Source: Candidatus Omnitrophota bacterium
GTDB lineage: Bacteria; Omnitrophota; Gorgyraeia; Duberdicusellales; 4484-171
Assembly: GCA_021735655.1 (NCBI GenBank)
Contig: JAIPGM010000003.1
Span: forward strand, 1-64,000
Direction: 5' to 3'
DNA length: 64,000 bases
The translations under genes were made by a program, and so were the position numbers. Each line of letters begins with the position of its first letter. The first letter of the stretch is position 1. Of this stretch, positions 26,889 to 37,181 are shown in pieces. Under the pieces are notes generated by a model. It saw only the letters and a list, made by a program, of their open reading frames with translations. It was not told where the DNA came from and searched no databases.

Positions 26889-27887
26889 ATGAAAGTTTTG
26901 TTTGTAGGTTTGGGCAGCATAGCTGGCCGCCATATTAAAAACATAAAAATTATTGATCAGGATATTCAGATTGCCCTTTGGCGTCAGTTATCCAAAGAGA
27001 CCGATTTAGGTGAAGTTGCCTCTTTAGTGAGCGAGGTGTTTTTTTCTGAAGCTGATGCTGTGGGATGGAAGCCAGATGTTGTTTTTGTGACTAATCCAGC
27101 ACCGAGACATTGTCAAACAGCATTAACTTTTGCCAGAAATAATTGTCATCTATTTATTGAGAAGCCTTTAGCGGTAAGCGAAGATGGTTTAGATGAATTG
27201 GCTAAAGAAGTAGCTAAGAGGAAATTAGTTGCAATGGTTGGTTATGTTTTGCGGTTTTCTGAGCCGATGAAAATAATGAAGGAGACAATTGGTAAAGGTT
27301 TAATTGGAAAGCCACTCTCAATAAGGGCTTCGGTTGGGCAAAACTTATTGGATTGGCGTCCTGGGAAAGATTATCAGGAAACTGTAAGCTCACGGAGTGA
27401 TTTAGGCGGCGGTGTATGTTTTGAATTGAGTCATGAAATTGATTATGTTCGCTGGCTCTTTGGTGAAGTTAAAGAATTGCGCGCTTTATTTGGAAAAGTA
27501 GGAGATCTTAATATAGATGTTGAGGACTTAGCTGATATTTTGCTTAAGTTTGATTCCGGAGCTTATGGCAATATTCATCTTGATATGGTAGATCAAGCTA
27601 AAGAGCGTTCTTGTCGGATTGTTGGCAGTAAAGGTACTTTGACGTGGGATAGCTGCGATGAAAATCGGGTTCGAGTATTTAAAGCTGATGAGGGCATTTG
27701 GCAGGATCTCTATTGTTCTCCTTCTGAGGATAGGAATGAAATGTATATAGCTCAGATTAAACATTTTTTTGATTGCATTGCTAATAATAAACAAGCTTTA
27801 GTTTCATTGGCTCAGGCAAGAAAGGTATTACAGATAGTGATAAATATAAAAAATTTAGAGAAAGACAAGAAGGCTATTCCAGTATGA
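26889..27887 (+). CDS. Gfo/Idh/MocA family oxidoreductase
   Basis: VLFVGLGSIAGRHI and LFIEKPLA. Confidence 0.7.
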   Translation: MKVLFVGLGSIAGRHIKNIKIIDQDIQIALWRQLSKETDLGEVASLVSEVFFSEADAVGWKPDVVFVTNPAPRHCQTALTFARNNCHLFIEKPLAVSEDGLDELAKEVAKRKLVAMVGYVLRFSEPMKIMKETIGKGLIGKPLSIRASVGQNLLDWRPGKDYQETVSSRSDLGGGVCFELSHEIDYVRWLFGEVKELRALFGKVGDLNIDVEDLADILLKFDSGAYGNIHLDMVDQAKERSCRIVGSKGTLTWDSCDENRVRVFKADEGIWQDLYCSPSEDRNEMYIAQIKHFFDCIANNKQALVSLAQARKVLQIVINIKNLEKDKKAIPV

Positions 27888-28594
27888 AACCGTATATACT
27901 CGGGGCTATCTTTGCTCGTGGTGGCTCAAAAGGTTTGCCTAAGAAAAATATAAGAGACTTAGCTGGTAAGCCTCTCATTGCTTATGCTATTGAAACAGGC
28001 AAAGAAATTTTATCTATTGACAGGCTTATAGTCTCAACTGATGACGAAGAAATAGCTAAAGTAGCAAAGGAGTACGGGGCCCAAGTACCTTTTATGCGGC
28101 CAAAGGAATTGGCAACTGATGATTCTCCGGAGTTGTTGTCATGGCAGCAAGCAATTAAGGCCATTGAAGCAGAGTCTAAGGACAAAGTGGATGTTTTGGT
28201 GGTTATACCTACAACTTCACCTTTGAGGGAAGCTGAAGATTTGCAGAATTGTCTTGATGCTTTATTGAATAGTGATGCTGATATTGTGGTAGCTGTAAAA
28301 GAAGCAGAAAGAAACCCTTACTTTAATATGTTAACGCTTGATAAAGATGGTTATGCCAATTTACCTATTGCAGATAAAGGAGCTTTTACTCATCGTCAGC
28401 TTGCACCTAAAGTTTACGATATGACAACTATTGCTTATGTTGCTAGAGCCGCATATATACTTGAGACTCCATCTGTTTTAGCTGGCAAGGTTAAGACGGT
28501 GATAGTACCTAGAGAACGGGCAATAGATATTGACGATATGATGGATTTTGAGATAGCAGAATTTCTTATGAAGAAGAGGAGAAATAGTAAATGA
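27884..28594 (+). CDS. CMP-nonulosonic acid synthetase (acylneuraminate cytidylyltransferase family)
   Basis: AIFARGGSKGLPKKN N-terminal motif. 236 aa. Confidence 0.8.
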   Translation: MKPYILGAIFARGGSKGLPKKNIRDLAGKPLIAYAIETGKEILSIDRLIVSTDDEEIAKVAKEYGAQVPFMRPKELATDDSPELLSWQQAIKAIEAESKDKVDVLVVIPTTSPLREAEDLQNCLDALLNSDADIVVAVKEAERNPYFNMLTLDKDGYANLPIADKGAFTHRQLAPKVYDMTTIAYVARAAYILETPSVLAGKVKTVIVPRERAIDIDDMMDFEIAEFLMKKRRNSK

Positions 28595-29397
28595 GAAGTT
28601 TAAAAGAGCTAATGGATTTAAAAAAGAGAACGGCTATAATCACTGGCGCGGCCGGTAACGTTGGATTTGCTTTGGCTGAAAGCTTAGCTGAATTAGGGGC
28701 TAATATTGTTTTGTTGGATATTAATAAGGAACAGGGACAAGCTAAGGCAGAAGATATAAAAAATACACACAAGGTAGAGACTTTATTCTTGCCTGTTGAT
28801 TTAGAAAATGAAAAAGAAATAACAGAGGTTCCTGAAATAGTAATTAATAAGTTTGGCTCAATTGATATTTTGATTAATTGTGCAGCTTTATTAGCAACTT
28901 CTGGCCTAGAGGGCTGGGCTGTTCCTTTTGAGAAGCAGAAAGTCGATTCTTGGCGCAGAGCTTTAGAGGTTAATTTGACTTCAGTTTTTCTTTTAACTCA
29001 AGGCTGCAGGCAGTATCTTATTGATAGTGGACATGGTTCAATTGTAAATATTGGCTCTATTTATGGAGTAGGTGGGCCAGACCTAAGGTTGTATGAGGGT
29101 GTAGAGAACTTAGGAAATCCGGCTGCTTATGCAGCTAGTAAGGGAGGACTTCTCCAGTTCACTCGTTGGTTGGCAACAGTACTTGCACCTTCGGTGCGGG
29201 TGAATTCAATCAGTCCGGGAGGCGTATTCAGGAAGCATGAGGACCCTTTTCTTTCTCGCTATATTGAACGTACTCCCTTGAAACGCATGGCTAAGGAAGA
29301 GGATTTAAAAGGGGCAGTTGCTTTTTTGGCAAGTGACCTTTCTTTATATGTAACTGGTCAAAATTTAATGGTCGATGGAGGCTGGAGCGCATGGTAG
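28591..29397 (+). CDS. short-chain dehydrogenase/reductase (classical SDR)
   Basis: TGAAGNVGFALA, NCAAL, YAASKGGLL. Ends DGGWSAW. Confidence 0.75.
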   Translation: MRSLKELMDLKKRTAIITGAAGNVGFALAESLAELGANIVLLDINKEQGQAKAEDIKNTHKVETLFLPVDLENEKEITEVPEIVINKFGSIDILINCAALLATSGLEGWAVPFEKQKVDSWRRALEVNLTSVFLLTQGCRQYLIDSGHGSIVNIGSIYGVGGPDLRLYEGVENLGNPAAYAASKGGLLQFTRWLATVLAPSVRVNSISPGGVFRKHEDPFLSRYIERTPLKRMAKEEDLKGAVAFLASDLSLYVTGQNLMVDGGWSAW

Positions 29398-30434
29398 ATA
29401 GACTTTGGGATAGGATTGTTAATCCTAATTCTGTTTTTGTAATTGCTGAAGCGGGTGTTAACCATAATGGAGACATTAACCTGGCAAAGCAATTAGTAGA
29501 CATGGCTATTGTTTCAGGAGCTGATGCAGTAAAGTTTCAGACTTTTTCTGCAGAGCGTTTAGTTATACCTTCAGCACCAAAAGCAGATTATCAAACTCAG
29601 ACAGACCCTAATTCTAAATCGCAGCTAGAAATGTTAGAGAAACTTCAGCTTTCCGAAGATGATTATCGTATTTTATACCAGTATTGCAAGGATAAAGGAA
29701 TCATTTTTTTATCAACGCCGTTTGACAAAGAGAGTGCAAACTTTTTAGAAGGCTTGGGTCTTGAAGTATTTAAAATACCTTCAGGTGAGATTACTAACAT
29801 TCCTTTACTTACCCATATAGCCACAAAGCAAAAACCAATGATTATTTCTACAGGAATGTCGACTTTAGATGAAGTGGAAGAAGCAGTTAGAGCTGTTAAT
29901 GATACCGGTAATAACAATATTGTGCTTTTGCATTGTGTAAGTAGCTATCCTGCAAAGTCAGAAGATGTTAATCTTAAAGCTATGCAAACCATGAGTCAGA
30001 AGCTAAATGTTCCTATTGGTTATTCTGACCACACCTTGGGATCTGATGTGGCTCTGGCTGCAGTTGCAATGAGTGCGGTAGTTATAGAGAAACATTTTAC
30101 TTTAGATAGGAATTTATCCGGTCCGGATCAGAAAAGTTCTCTTGAGCCGGCGGAATTTAAAGATTTAGTAGAAAGAATACATAAGATAAAGCTTGCCTTA
30201 GGAGATGGTGATAAAAAACCTGCCTCCAGCGAAGCCAATGTTGCTTCAGTAGCACGCAAAAGTCTTGTTGCTGGTTGCCACATAAAGGCTGGAACAATGC
30301 TAAGCGAAGGTTTGATTACTATAAAGCGGCCAGGTACAGGGCTTGCGCCTTCGATGGCTTCTTCTTTGGTTGGGCGAAAAGCAAAGGTTGATATACCTAA
30401 AGACGAACTTTTATCATTGGATATGTTGGTATGA
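29391..30434 (+). CDS. N-acetylneuraminate/legionaminate synthase family (NeuB/LegI-like)
   Basis: VIAEAGVNHNGD, DAVKFQTF and C-terminal SAF domain IKRPGTGL. Confidence 0.85.
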   Translation: MVDRLWDRIVNPNSVFVIAEAGVNHNGDINLAKQLVDMAIVSGADAVKFQTFSAERLVIPSAPKADYQTQTDPNSKSQLEMLEKLQLSEDDYRILYQYCKDKGIIFLSTPFDKESANFLEGLGLEVFKIPSGEITNIPLLTHIATKQKPMIISTGMSTLDEVEEAVRAVNDTGNNNIVLLHCVSSYPAKSEDVNLKAMQTMSQKLNVPIGYSDHTLGSDVALAAVAMSAVVIEKHFTLDRNLSGPDQKSSLEPAEFKDLVERIHKIKLALGDGDKKPASSEANVASVARKSLVAGCHIKAGTMLSEGLITIKRPGTGLAPSMASSLVGRKAKVDIPKDELLSLDMLV

Positions 30435-31597
30435 GAAAGATCGGTATTGTAACAAGCGGTAGGTGTGATTATGGAATCTACTTACCTATATTAAAGCAGA
30501 TCGTCGAGCATCCCGATCTAGAGCTGTTGCTTTATGTTACCGGTATGCATCTTGAGCCGGAGTTTGGTTTAACCTACAAAGATATAGAACAGGACGGCTT
30601 TAGCATAGATGAAAAAATAGAAATTTCCTTAAATTCCGATACCCCGATTGCTATATCAAAATCTGTTGGCCTTGGGGTTTCAGGATTTTCTAAAGCTTAC
30701 GATAAATTGAGACCTGATATTGTTGTTATCTTGGGGGATAGATTTGAGATTTTGAGTGCAGCCATAGCTTCTCACATAGCTCGAATTCCTATTGCTCATA
30801 TTCATGGAGGGGAAGTTACTCAGGGAGCGTTTGATGATGCTTTTAGGCATTCAATGACTAAAATGAGTCATTTGCATTTTACTTCCACCGAGGATTACCG
30901 AAGAAGAGTCATTCAACTAGGAGAATCTCCAGAAAGAGTGTTCAACGTAGGCGCCTTAGGGGTAGATAACATAAAAGGGTTAAAACTTCTCTCTAAAGAG
31001 GAGTTGGAAAAAGAGTTAGATTTTAAGTTTCAAAAACATAATTTACTAGTTACTTTCCATCCGGTTACTTTGGAATCCAATACATCGGAAAGTCAGTTTA
31101 AGAATTTACTTGATGCTTTAGATGAATTAGATCAGACCGGCATTATTCTTACTAAAGCCAATGCTGATGTTGGCGGTCGAGTAATCAATAAGATGATTGA
31201 TCAATATGTGAGCAAGAATTTTCAGAAAGCCAAAGTTTTTACCTCACTGGGAAATTTAAAGTATCTGTCAGTAATGCAGTTGGTTGATGCGGTTGTTGGA
31301 AATTCATCAAGTGGGATTATTGAAGCTTCAAGTTTTAAAATTGGAACCATAAATATCGGCGATCGACAAAAGGGAAGGGTTCGAACAGAAAGTATAATTG
31401 ATTGTGAACCGACGAAAGAGGCGATCGAAGTTTCTTTTAAGAAGCTTTATTCAAAAGAGTTTCAGCAGAGCCTTGCTTTGGTTGGTAGCCCTTATGGCGA
31501 TGGCGGCACGGCGAAAAGAATTATTGATATTTTAAAGAGCTTTGATAAGGAAGGTAGCTTAAAAAAGGCTTTTTATGATTTGGATTTTAAATATTGA
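30431..31597 (+). CDS. hydrolysing UDP/GDP-N-acetylhexosamine 2-epimerase (NeuC/LegG-like)
   Basis: KIGIVTSGRCDYGIYLPILKQI...VTGMHL pattern of the NeuC family. Confidence 0.8.
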   Translation: MRKIGIVTSGRCDYGIYLPILKQIVEHPDLELLLYVTGMHLEPEFGLTYKDIEQDGFSIDEKIEISLNSDTPIAISKSVGLGVSGFSKAYDKLRPDIVVILGDRFEILSAAIASHIARIPIAHIHGGEVTQGAFDDAFRHSMTKMSHLHFTSTEDYRRRVIQLGESPERVFNVGALGVDNIKGLKLLSKEELEKELDFKFQKHNLLVTFHPVTLESNTSESQFKNLLDALDELDQTGIILTKANADVGGRVINKMIDQYVSKNFQKAKVFTSLGNLKYLSVMQLVDAVVGNSSSGIIEASSFKIGTINIGDRQKGRVRTESIIDCEPTKEAIEVSFKKLYSKEFQQSLALVGSPYGDGGTAKRIIDILKSFDKEGSLKKAFYDLDFKY

Positions 31598-31612
31598 AAT
31601 AAAAGCAGGGTA

Positions 31613-32266
31613 ATGATGGAAAAGATTATACTTATTGGCGGTGGCGGACATTGTAAGGTCATTATTGATGCTATTTTAAAAGGCAAGCAATATGAAATAG
31701 AAGGTATCATTGATCCAAATATAAGTATAGGTAAAAAGGTTTTAAATATTCCGGTAATCGGTAAGGATGATAATTTATTAGATATCTATAATCGGGGTAT
31801 TAAAAATGCTTTTATTGCTGTTGGTTCAATAGGTGACTTTTCAACAATAAGAAAAAGAGAAGAAATTTATCAGAAGCTTAAAATGATAGGATTTAGTTTG
31901 CCGATAATTGTTCATCCGGCGGCTGTTATTGCAGATGAGTGTTCGCTCGACGAAGGCATATTCGTCGCCGCTGGCGCAGTTATTAATTCAGGAACAAGAG
32001 TCGGAAAGAACACAATATTAAATACATTATCTTCTATTGACCATGATTGTCAGATTGCAGATTTTGTCCATATTGCTCCCGGTACCAATTTAAGCGGCGG
32101 GGTAACTATTGGCAAATTTACTCATATTGGAGTTGGTACAGTTGTTAACCAGGGAATTAATATAGGTTGTAATTGTTTAATCGGTTCAGGCAGCGTAGTG
32201 GTTAAAGATATCATTGATAATTTAAAAGCCTTTGGGAATCCTTGTAAAGCTATGGAGAAGAGATGA
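31613..32266 (+). CDS. NeuD/PglD-family sugar N-acetyltransferase (hexapeptide repeat)
   Basis: N-terminal IILIGGGGHCKVIID Rossmann-like part plus hexapeptide repeats (IGKFTHIGVGTVV). Confidence 0.7.
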   Translation: MMEKIILIGGGGHCKVIIDAILKGKQYEIEGIIDPNISIGKKVLNIPVIGKDDNLLDIYNRGIKNAFIAVGSIGDFSTIRKREEIYQKLKMIGFSLPIIVHPAAVIADECSLDEGIFVAAGAVINSGTRVGKNTILNTLSSIDHDCQIADFVHIAPGTNLSGGVTIGKFTHIGVGTVVNQGINIGCNCLIGSGSVVVKDIIDNLKAFGNPCKAMEKR

Positions 32267-33159
32267 TAAGAATTATACCGCGTCTTGATATTAAAGGTCC
32301 TAATCTAGTTAAAGGAGTTCACCTTGAGGGCCTTAGGGTTTTAGGCAAGGCTGAAGATTTTGCTTCAAAATATTATACTGATGGAGCCGACGAGCTTATT
32401 TATATTGATGTTGTTGCCAGTCTCTATGGTAGAGAAAATCTTTTAGAGATTGTAAGGAGAACAGCACAAAATATATTTATCCCTTTGACTGCCGGCGGTG
32501 GGATAAGGACAATTGACGATATAAAAGAATTATTACGAGCCGGCGCAGATAAGGTAGCAATAAATACTGCTGCCATACGAAATCCAGCCTTTATTAGTGA
32601 AGCTGCGAAAGTTTTTGGTTCGCAATGTATTGTTATTTCAATCGAGGCTAAATTTAGAAGTGAAGGTAAGTATGAGGCTTTAACTGATAATGGCAGGGAA
32701 AAAACTGATCGTGATGTGTTTGATTGGGTACAGGAGGCGGTTGGCCTTGGTGCCGGAGAACTGCTTATTACTAGTATTGATAAGGAAGGTACTGGTAGAG
32801 GATATGATTTGAAGCTAATTAAGAGAATTTCAGAGTCAGTGCCAGTCCCGGTTATTGCCTGTGGCGGTGCTGGAAAGACTAAGCATTTTCTTGAAGTCAT
32901 TGAAGACGGTTGCGCCGACGCTATAAGTGCTGCTTCTATTTTTCATTATCATTGTCTAGAAAAGTTGCGCTCCGTTGAAAATTTTAAAGAAGAAGGTAAT
33001 GTTGAGTTCATTAGCCAGAATAGAGAATCATTAGATTTCATGAAAAAGCGGCTTGAACCAGTGGATATTTTAGCTGTTAAAAGATATTTATCTGATTTTG
33101 GTATTGCCTGTAGAGCCATAGAGGCGTTTAGAGAAGTTACAAAAGCAGAAAAGATATGA
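32263..33159 (+). CDS. imidazole glycerol phosphate synthase cyclase-subunit paralog (HisF-like, WbuZ-type)
   Basis: IIPRLDIKGPNLVKGV...GADELIYIDV...TAGGGIR. Confidence 0.8.
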   Translation: MIRIIPRLDIKGPNLVKGVHLEGLRVLGKAEDFASKYYTDGADELIYIDVVASLYGRENLLEIVRRTAQNIFIPLTAGGGIRTIDDIKELLRAGADKVAINTAAIRNPAFISEAAKVFGSQCIVISIEAKFRSEGKYEALTDNGREKTDRDVFDWVQEAVGLGAGELLITSIDKEGTGRGYDLKLIKRISESVPVPVIACGGAGKTKHFLEVIEDGCADAISAASIFHYHCLEKLRSVENFKEEGNVEFISQNRESLDFMKKRLEPVDILAVKRYLSDFGIACRAIEAFREVTKAEKI

Positions 33160-33848
33160 AAGGATCAAAGCCGATTACTGTGATAGTTGATTATGGAATG
33201 GGCAATCTTTTCAGTCTAGAGAGAGTGATAAGACATCTTGGCGGGACTGCAGTTATATCTTCCGACCCGGAAACTATAGCTTCTGCTGAGCGGGTTATTT
33301 TACCTGGGGTAGGTGCTTTTGGTGATGGTATGGATAAGATAAAAAATCGGGAGTTGGTTGCGCCGATACAAAGAGCTATTGATTCGGGTAAGCCGTTTCT
33401 AGGGATATGTTTAGGCATGCAGCTTCTTATGACCGAGAGTGAAGAGTTTGGTGTTCATGGAGGATTAGATGTTATTTCTGGGTCTGTGCGTAGGTTTTTT
33501 GATTCCAAGGGTGATAAGGCGTCCTATAAGATACCACACGTTGGATGGAACCGCTTGCTTGCTCCTAAGATAGTTGAATTCGGCCAGCCAGTTTCTTGCG
33601 AGGGAAGTAATAAATTTTGGGAGGATACTATTTTAAATACAACTCAAGAGGGTGAATTTGTGTATTTTGTGCATTCGTATACCGTTACCCCTCAGAACCC
33701 TGAGCATATTCTTGCTGAGACTGAATATGGTCAGTCTCGTTTTTGCTCGGCAATACGTTCCAACAATGTGTTTGGCTGCCAGTTTCATCCTGAGGTAAGT
33801 GCGAATGTAGGTTTACGAATCTTAAAAGAGTTTTTATATACTGTTTAA
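33156..33848 (+). CDS. glutamine amidotransferase HisH-like (WbuY-type)
   Basis: VDYGMGNLFS, LPGVGAFG, GICLGMQLL. A class I GATase. Confidence 0.8.
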   Translation: MKGSKPITVIVDYGMGNLFSLERVIRHLGGTAVISSDPETIASAERVILPGVGAFGDGMDKIKNRELVAPIQRAIDSGKPFLGICLGMQLLMTESEEFGVHGGLDVISGSVRRFFDSKGDKASYKIPHVGWNRLLAPKIVEFGQPVSCEGSNKFWEDTILNTTQEGEFVYFVHSYTVTPQNPEHILAETEYGQSRFCSAIRSNNVFGCQFHPEVSANVGLRILKEFLYTV

Positions 33849-33887
33849 GTTTACAAATAGGATTTTTGGCTAGAGAAAGGAGTAATA

Positions 33888-35087
33888 ATGTTATTTCCAG
33901 GAAAAACCTTAGATCGACAGTTGGCAAAAAGCCCCAAAGAGGTTAAATATTGTACAAAGTGCGTGGTTTCAAATCAAAGACCAAGAATTACCTTTGATGA
34001 AAATGGAGTCTGCAGTGCATGTAATTATGCTTATCTTAAGCATAATAAGATTGATTGGGCTAAAAGAGAGAAAATGCTGTTGGAGTTGCTTGATAAGCAT
34101 AGGTCCAGTGATGGAAGTTATGATTGCGTTGTTCCTGGTTCCGGCGGAAAGGATAGTAGTTATGTTGCGCATCAATTGAAATATAAATATCAGATGCACC
34201 CACTTACTGTAACTTGGGCACCTTTTATTTACACAGACGTTGGCTGGCAGAATTATATCGCCTTTAAAGATCATGGGTTTAATAATCTTTTGTGTTTTCC
34301 TGACGGAATAATCCATCGTAAATTAGCTCGTCTTAGTTTTGAATTGTTAGGTGATGCCTGGGAGCCTTTTGCTTATGGGCAAAAGGCATATGCTTTCCAT
34401 ATTGCTACTAAGTTCAAGATTCCTTTAATTTTTTATGGCGAAAGCGGTGAAGTAGAATATGGGGGCTCAACTACTTATATAGATAGTCCGGTAGAGCCAA
34501 CCGATAACTATAGCGAAGTTTATTATAAGGGCTCCGGGGTTGATGAAATTATAAAACATGGTCAAGATGTGGGACTGTTTAGCGAAGAAGAAGTAAAGAG
34601 TAATCCTTTTCAATTTTATCGGATGCCTCCACTTGAGGATGTAGAGAAACTTAAACCACAGATGCACTGGTTTTCTTTTTATAAAAAATGGGTGCCACAG
34701 GAGAATTATTACTACTCTGTTGATCATACTGGTTTTCAAGCAAATTTCGATGGGCGCTCAGAAGGTACCTATTCCAAATATGCTAGCTTAGATGATAAAA
34801 CTGACGGATTCCATTTTTATTTGGCATATATCAAGTTTGGTATTGCCCGAGCTACATCAGATGCTGCGCATGAAATCAGAGACGGGCATCTAACCAGAGA
34901 AGAAGGGGTAGCCTTGGTTCATCGTTACGATGGTGAACTTCCTAAAAAATATTTTAAGGAATTTCTTGAGTATTTAGATATTAAAGAAGAGCAATTCTGG
35001 GAAGTTATTGATTTTTATCGTTCACTTTCTCCCCATCTTTGGGAAAAAATAAATGGTGAATGGAAACTCAAACATAAAGTATTTTGA
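33888..35087 (+). CDS. N-acetyl sugar amidotransferase (PP-loop; WbuX/PseA/LfnA family)
   Basis: CxxC N-terminal Zn-ribbon-like motif (CTKC...CSAC). PP-loop VVPGSGGKDSSYVA. Confidence 0.75.
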   Translation: MLFPGKTLDRQLAKSPKEVKYCTKCVVSNQRPRITFDENGVCSACNYAYLKHNKIDWAKREKMLLELLDKHRSSDGSYDCVVPGSGGKDSSYVAHQLKYKYQMHPLTVTWAPFIYTDVGWQNYIAFKDHGFNNLLCFPDGIIHRKLARLSFELLGDAWEPFAYGQKAYAFHIATKFKIPLIFYGESGEVEYGGSTTYIDSPVEPTDNYSEVYYKGSGVDEIIKHGQDVGLFSEEEVKSNPFQFYRMPPLEDVEKLKPQMHWFSFYKKWVPQENYYYSVDHTGFQANFDGRSEGTYSKYASLDDKTDGFHFYLAYIKFGIARATSDAAHEIRDGHLTREEGVALVHRYDGELPKKYFKEFLEYLDIKEEQFWEVIDFYRSLSPHLWEKINGEWKLKHKVF

Positions 35088-35115
35088 AGGTTGAGGATAG
35101 TAAGAAGGATTTAAA

Positions 35116-36195
35116 ATGAAAGACATAAAAAAAATATTTGTAACTAGTAACAATACGATTGAAGAAACTTTAGCTGTTATCCAGCGTGGAGGTGTGGGCA
35201 TAGCTTTGGTTGTAGATAACCAGCAGCATCTAGTTGGCACAATAACTGATGGAGATATCCGTAGGGCTATTTTGAACAAAATCCCTTTAAGTAAAAAAAT
35301 CACTGTCTTGTTTGATTATCGTCCTGAAGACTACCCAGTCCCGGTTTCAATGCCTCATGACATAACTCGTGAAGAGCTCATTGAGATTATGAGTGAGAAA
35401 AAACTAAATCAAATACCGCTCCTCGATAGCGATTCCCACATCGTAGAACTAGCTTTACTTTCGGAGCTTGTCGAAGAAGAGCTTAACTTGCCGGTTAGAG
35501 CAGTAGTTATGGCTGGCGGAAAGGGGCAGCGGTTGCACCCGCTTACTAAAGATACACCAAAACCGATGCTTCTTTTAGAAGATCGTCCCTTGGTGGAACG
35601 TACCATAGCCCAGCTGCGTAGATCAGGAATTACAAAAGTAAATATTTCTACTCATTACAAATCTGATGTGATTATAAAACATTTTGGTAAAGGAGATGCT
35701 TTTGGTGTAGATATTGATTATATTAATGAAGATCAACCATTGGGTACTGCTGGAGCTTTGGGATTAATGAAACCCATTGATGAACCGACTTTAGTTATCA
35801 ATGGAGATGTGTTAACTAAATTAGATTTTCGTAGGTTGCTTGATTTCCATCGCCATCATGATGCGATAATGACTGTAGGGGTGCGCAAGTGCGAGATAGA
35901 GATACCTTACGGAGTTATTGATATTGATGATGTAGTCGTAAAAAAGATTATTGAAAAACCAGTAAAGAATTTTATTGTTAATGCCGGAATTTATTTGTTA
36001 GGACCAATAGCCTATAAGTATATTCCCAAAAATATAAATTTTGATATGACCGATTTAGTTGATGAGTTACTAAAAGCTAAGCATAAAGTAGTCTGCTTTC
36101 CGATACAGGAGTATTGGCTTGACATAGGACATCCTGAAAATTATGAACAAGCAAAGGAGGACATTAAGAATGGCGCACTTCAGCTGGAAAAATAA
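35116..36195 (+). CDS. CBS-domain-containing sugar-1-phosphate nucleotidyltransferase
   Basis: N-terminal CBS pair (GIALVVDNQQHLVGTITDGDIRR), then AVVMAGGKGQRL. Confidence 0.7.
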   Translation: MKDIKKIFVTSNNTIEETLAVIQRGGVGIALVVDNQQHLVGTITDGDIRRAILNKIPLSKKITVLFDYRPEDYPVPVSMPHDITREELIEIMSEKKLNQIPLLDSDSHIVELALLSELVEEELNLPVRAVVMAGGKGQRLHPLTKDTPKPMLLLEDRPLVERTIAQLRRSGITKVNISTHYKSDVIIKHFGKGDAFGVDIDYINEDQPLGTAGALGLMKPIDEPTLVINGDVLTKLDFRRLLDFHRHHDAIMTVGVRKCEIEIPYGVIDIDDVVVKKIIEKPVKNFIVNAGIYLLGPIAYKYIPKNINFDMTDLVDELLKAKHKVVCFPIQEYWLDIGHPENYEQAKEDIKNGALQLEK

Positions 36196-37171
36196 AAAAG
36201 TTTTTGTTACCGGTGCCGGAGGATTTATCGGAAGTCACTTGTGTGAATGTTTAGTTAAGCTAGGCGCAAAGGTAAAGGCAATGGCAGAGTATAACTCCTT
36301 GGGAAGATGGGGTTGGCTTGATTATTCTAGTTTACATGATGAAATGGATATTTTTTTAGGCGATATCAGAGATAGAGACAGCACCAGAGAAGCTGTTAAG
36401 GGCCAGGATATGGTTTTTCACCTAGCGGCTCTTATAGGTATACCTTATTCTTATATAGCTCCAGCTTCATATATTGAAACTAATATAGCTGGCACTCTTA
36501 ATTTATTGCAAGCAGCAAGAGAGTATGATATCGAATGTTTTTTACAGACCTCAACTAGTGAGACTTATGGAACCGCTCAATATACCCCTATTGATGAAAA
36601 GCATCAACTTCAGGGTCAATCTCCTTATTCAGCTTCGAAAATAGGTGCAGACAAAATGGCAGAGAGTTTTTATCGTTCTTTCAAAGTTCCGGTAGTAACG
36701 GTTAGGCCTTTTAATACCTATGGCCCCAGACAGTCTGCCCGGGCAGTTATACCTACAATTATTACACAAATTTTAGAAAAAGATAAAGTCTGCATTGGTT
36801 CGCTTGCTCCCAGGCGTGATTTGACCTATGTCCAGGATATTGCCTTAGCCTTCATTGGTGCAGCCCAGGCAGGCAAATCTGCCTTTGGTGAAGTGTTTAA
36901 TGTTGGCTCGGGAAAGTCAATATCTATAGGTGAATTAGCCCAAGTGATTGCTAAGCTTATTGGAAAAGAGGTACCCGTAGAAAGCAGTTGCCAGCGTATA
37001 AGGCCAGAGGCTAGTGAAGTAATGTTGTTGATGGCAGATAGTAGTAAAGCTAAAAAAATATTTGGGTGGGAACCAAGCCTTTCTCTAGAAGAAGGACTCA
37101 AGAAAACAATTGAATGGTTTAAGGATAAGGATAATTTAAAGTTATATAAAAATGACCGTTATGTAGTATAA
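36170..37171 (+). CDS. NAD-dependent nucleotide-sugar 4,6-dehydratase (LegB-like extended SDR)
   Basis: VFVTGAGGFIGSH, YSASK. Start chosen at ATG 36170 (AAGGAGG RBS at 36154-36160). The ORF-track ATG at 36143 would overlap the upstream gene further. Confidence 0.6.
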   Translation: MAHFSWKNKKVFVTGAGGFIGSHLCECLVKLGAKVKAMAEYNSLGRWGWLDYSSLHDEMDIFLGDIRDRDSTREAVKGQDMVFHLAALIGIPYSYIAPASYIETNIAGTLNLLQAAREYDIECFLQTSTSETYGTAQYTPIDEKHQLQGQSPYSASKIGADKMAESFYRSFKVPVVTVRPFNTYGPRQSARAVIPTIITQILEKDKVCIGSLAPRRDLTYVQDIALAFIGAAQAGKSAFGEVFNVGSGKSISIGELAQVIAKLIGKEVPVESSCQRIRPEASEVMLLMADSSKAKKIFGWEPSLSLEEGLKKTIEWFKDKDNLKLYKNDRYVV

Positions 37172-37181
37172 GGTTAAAACA

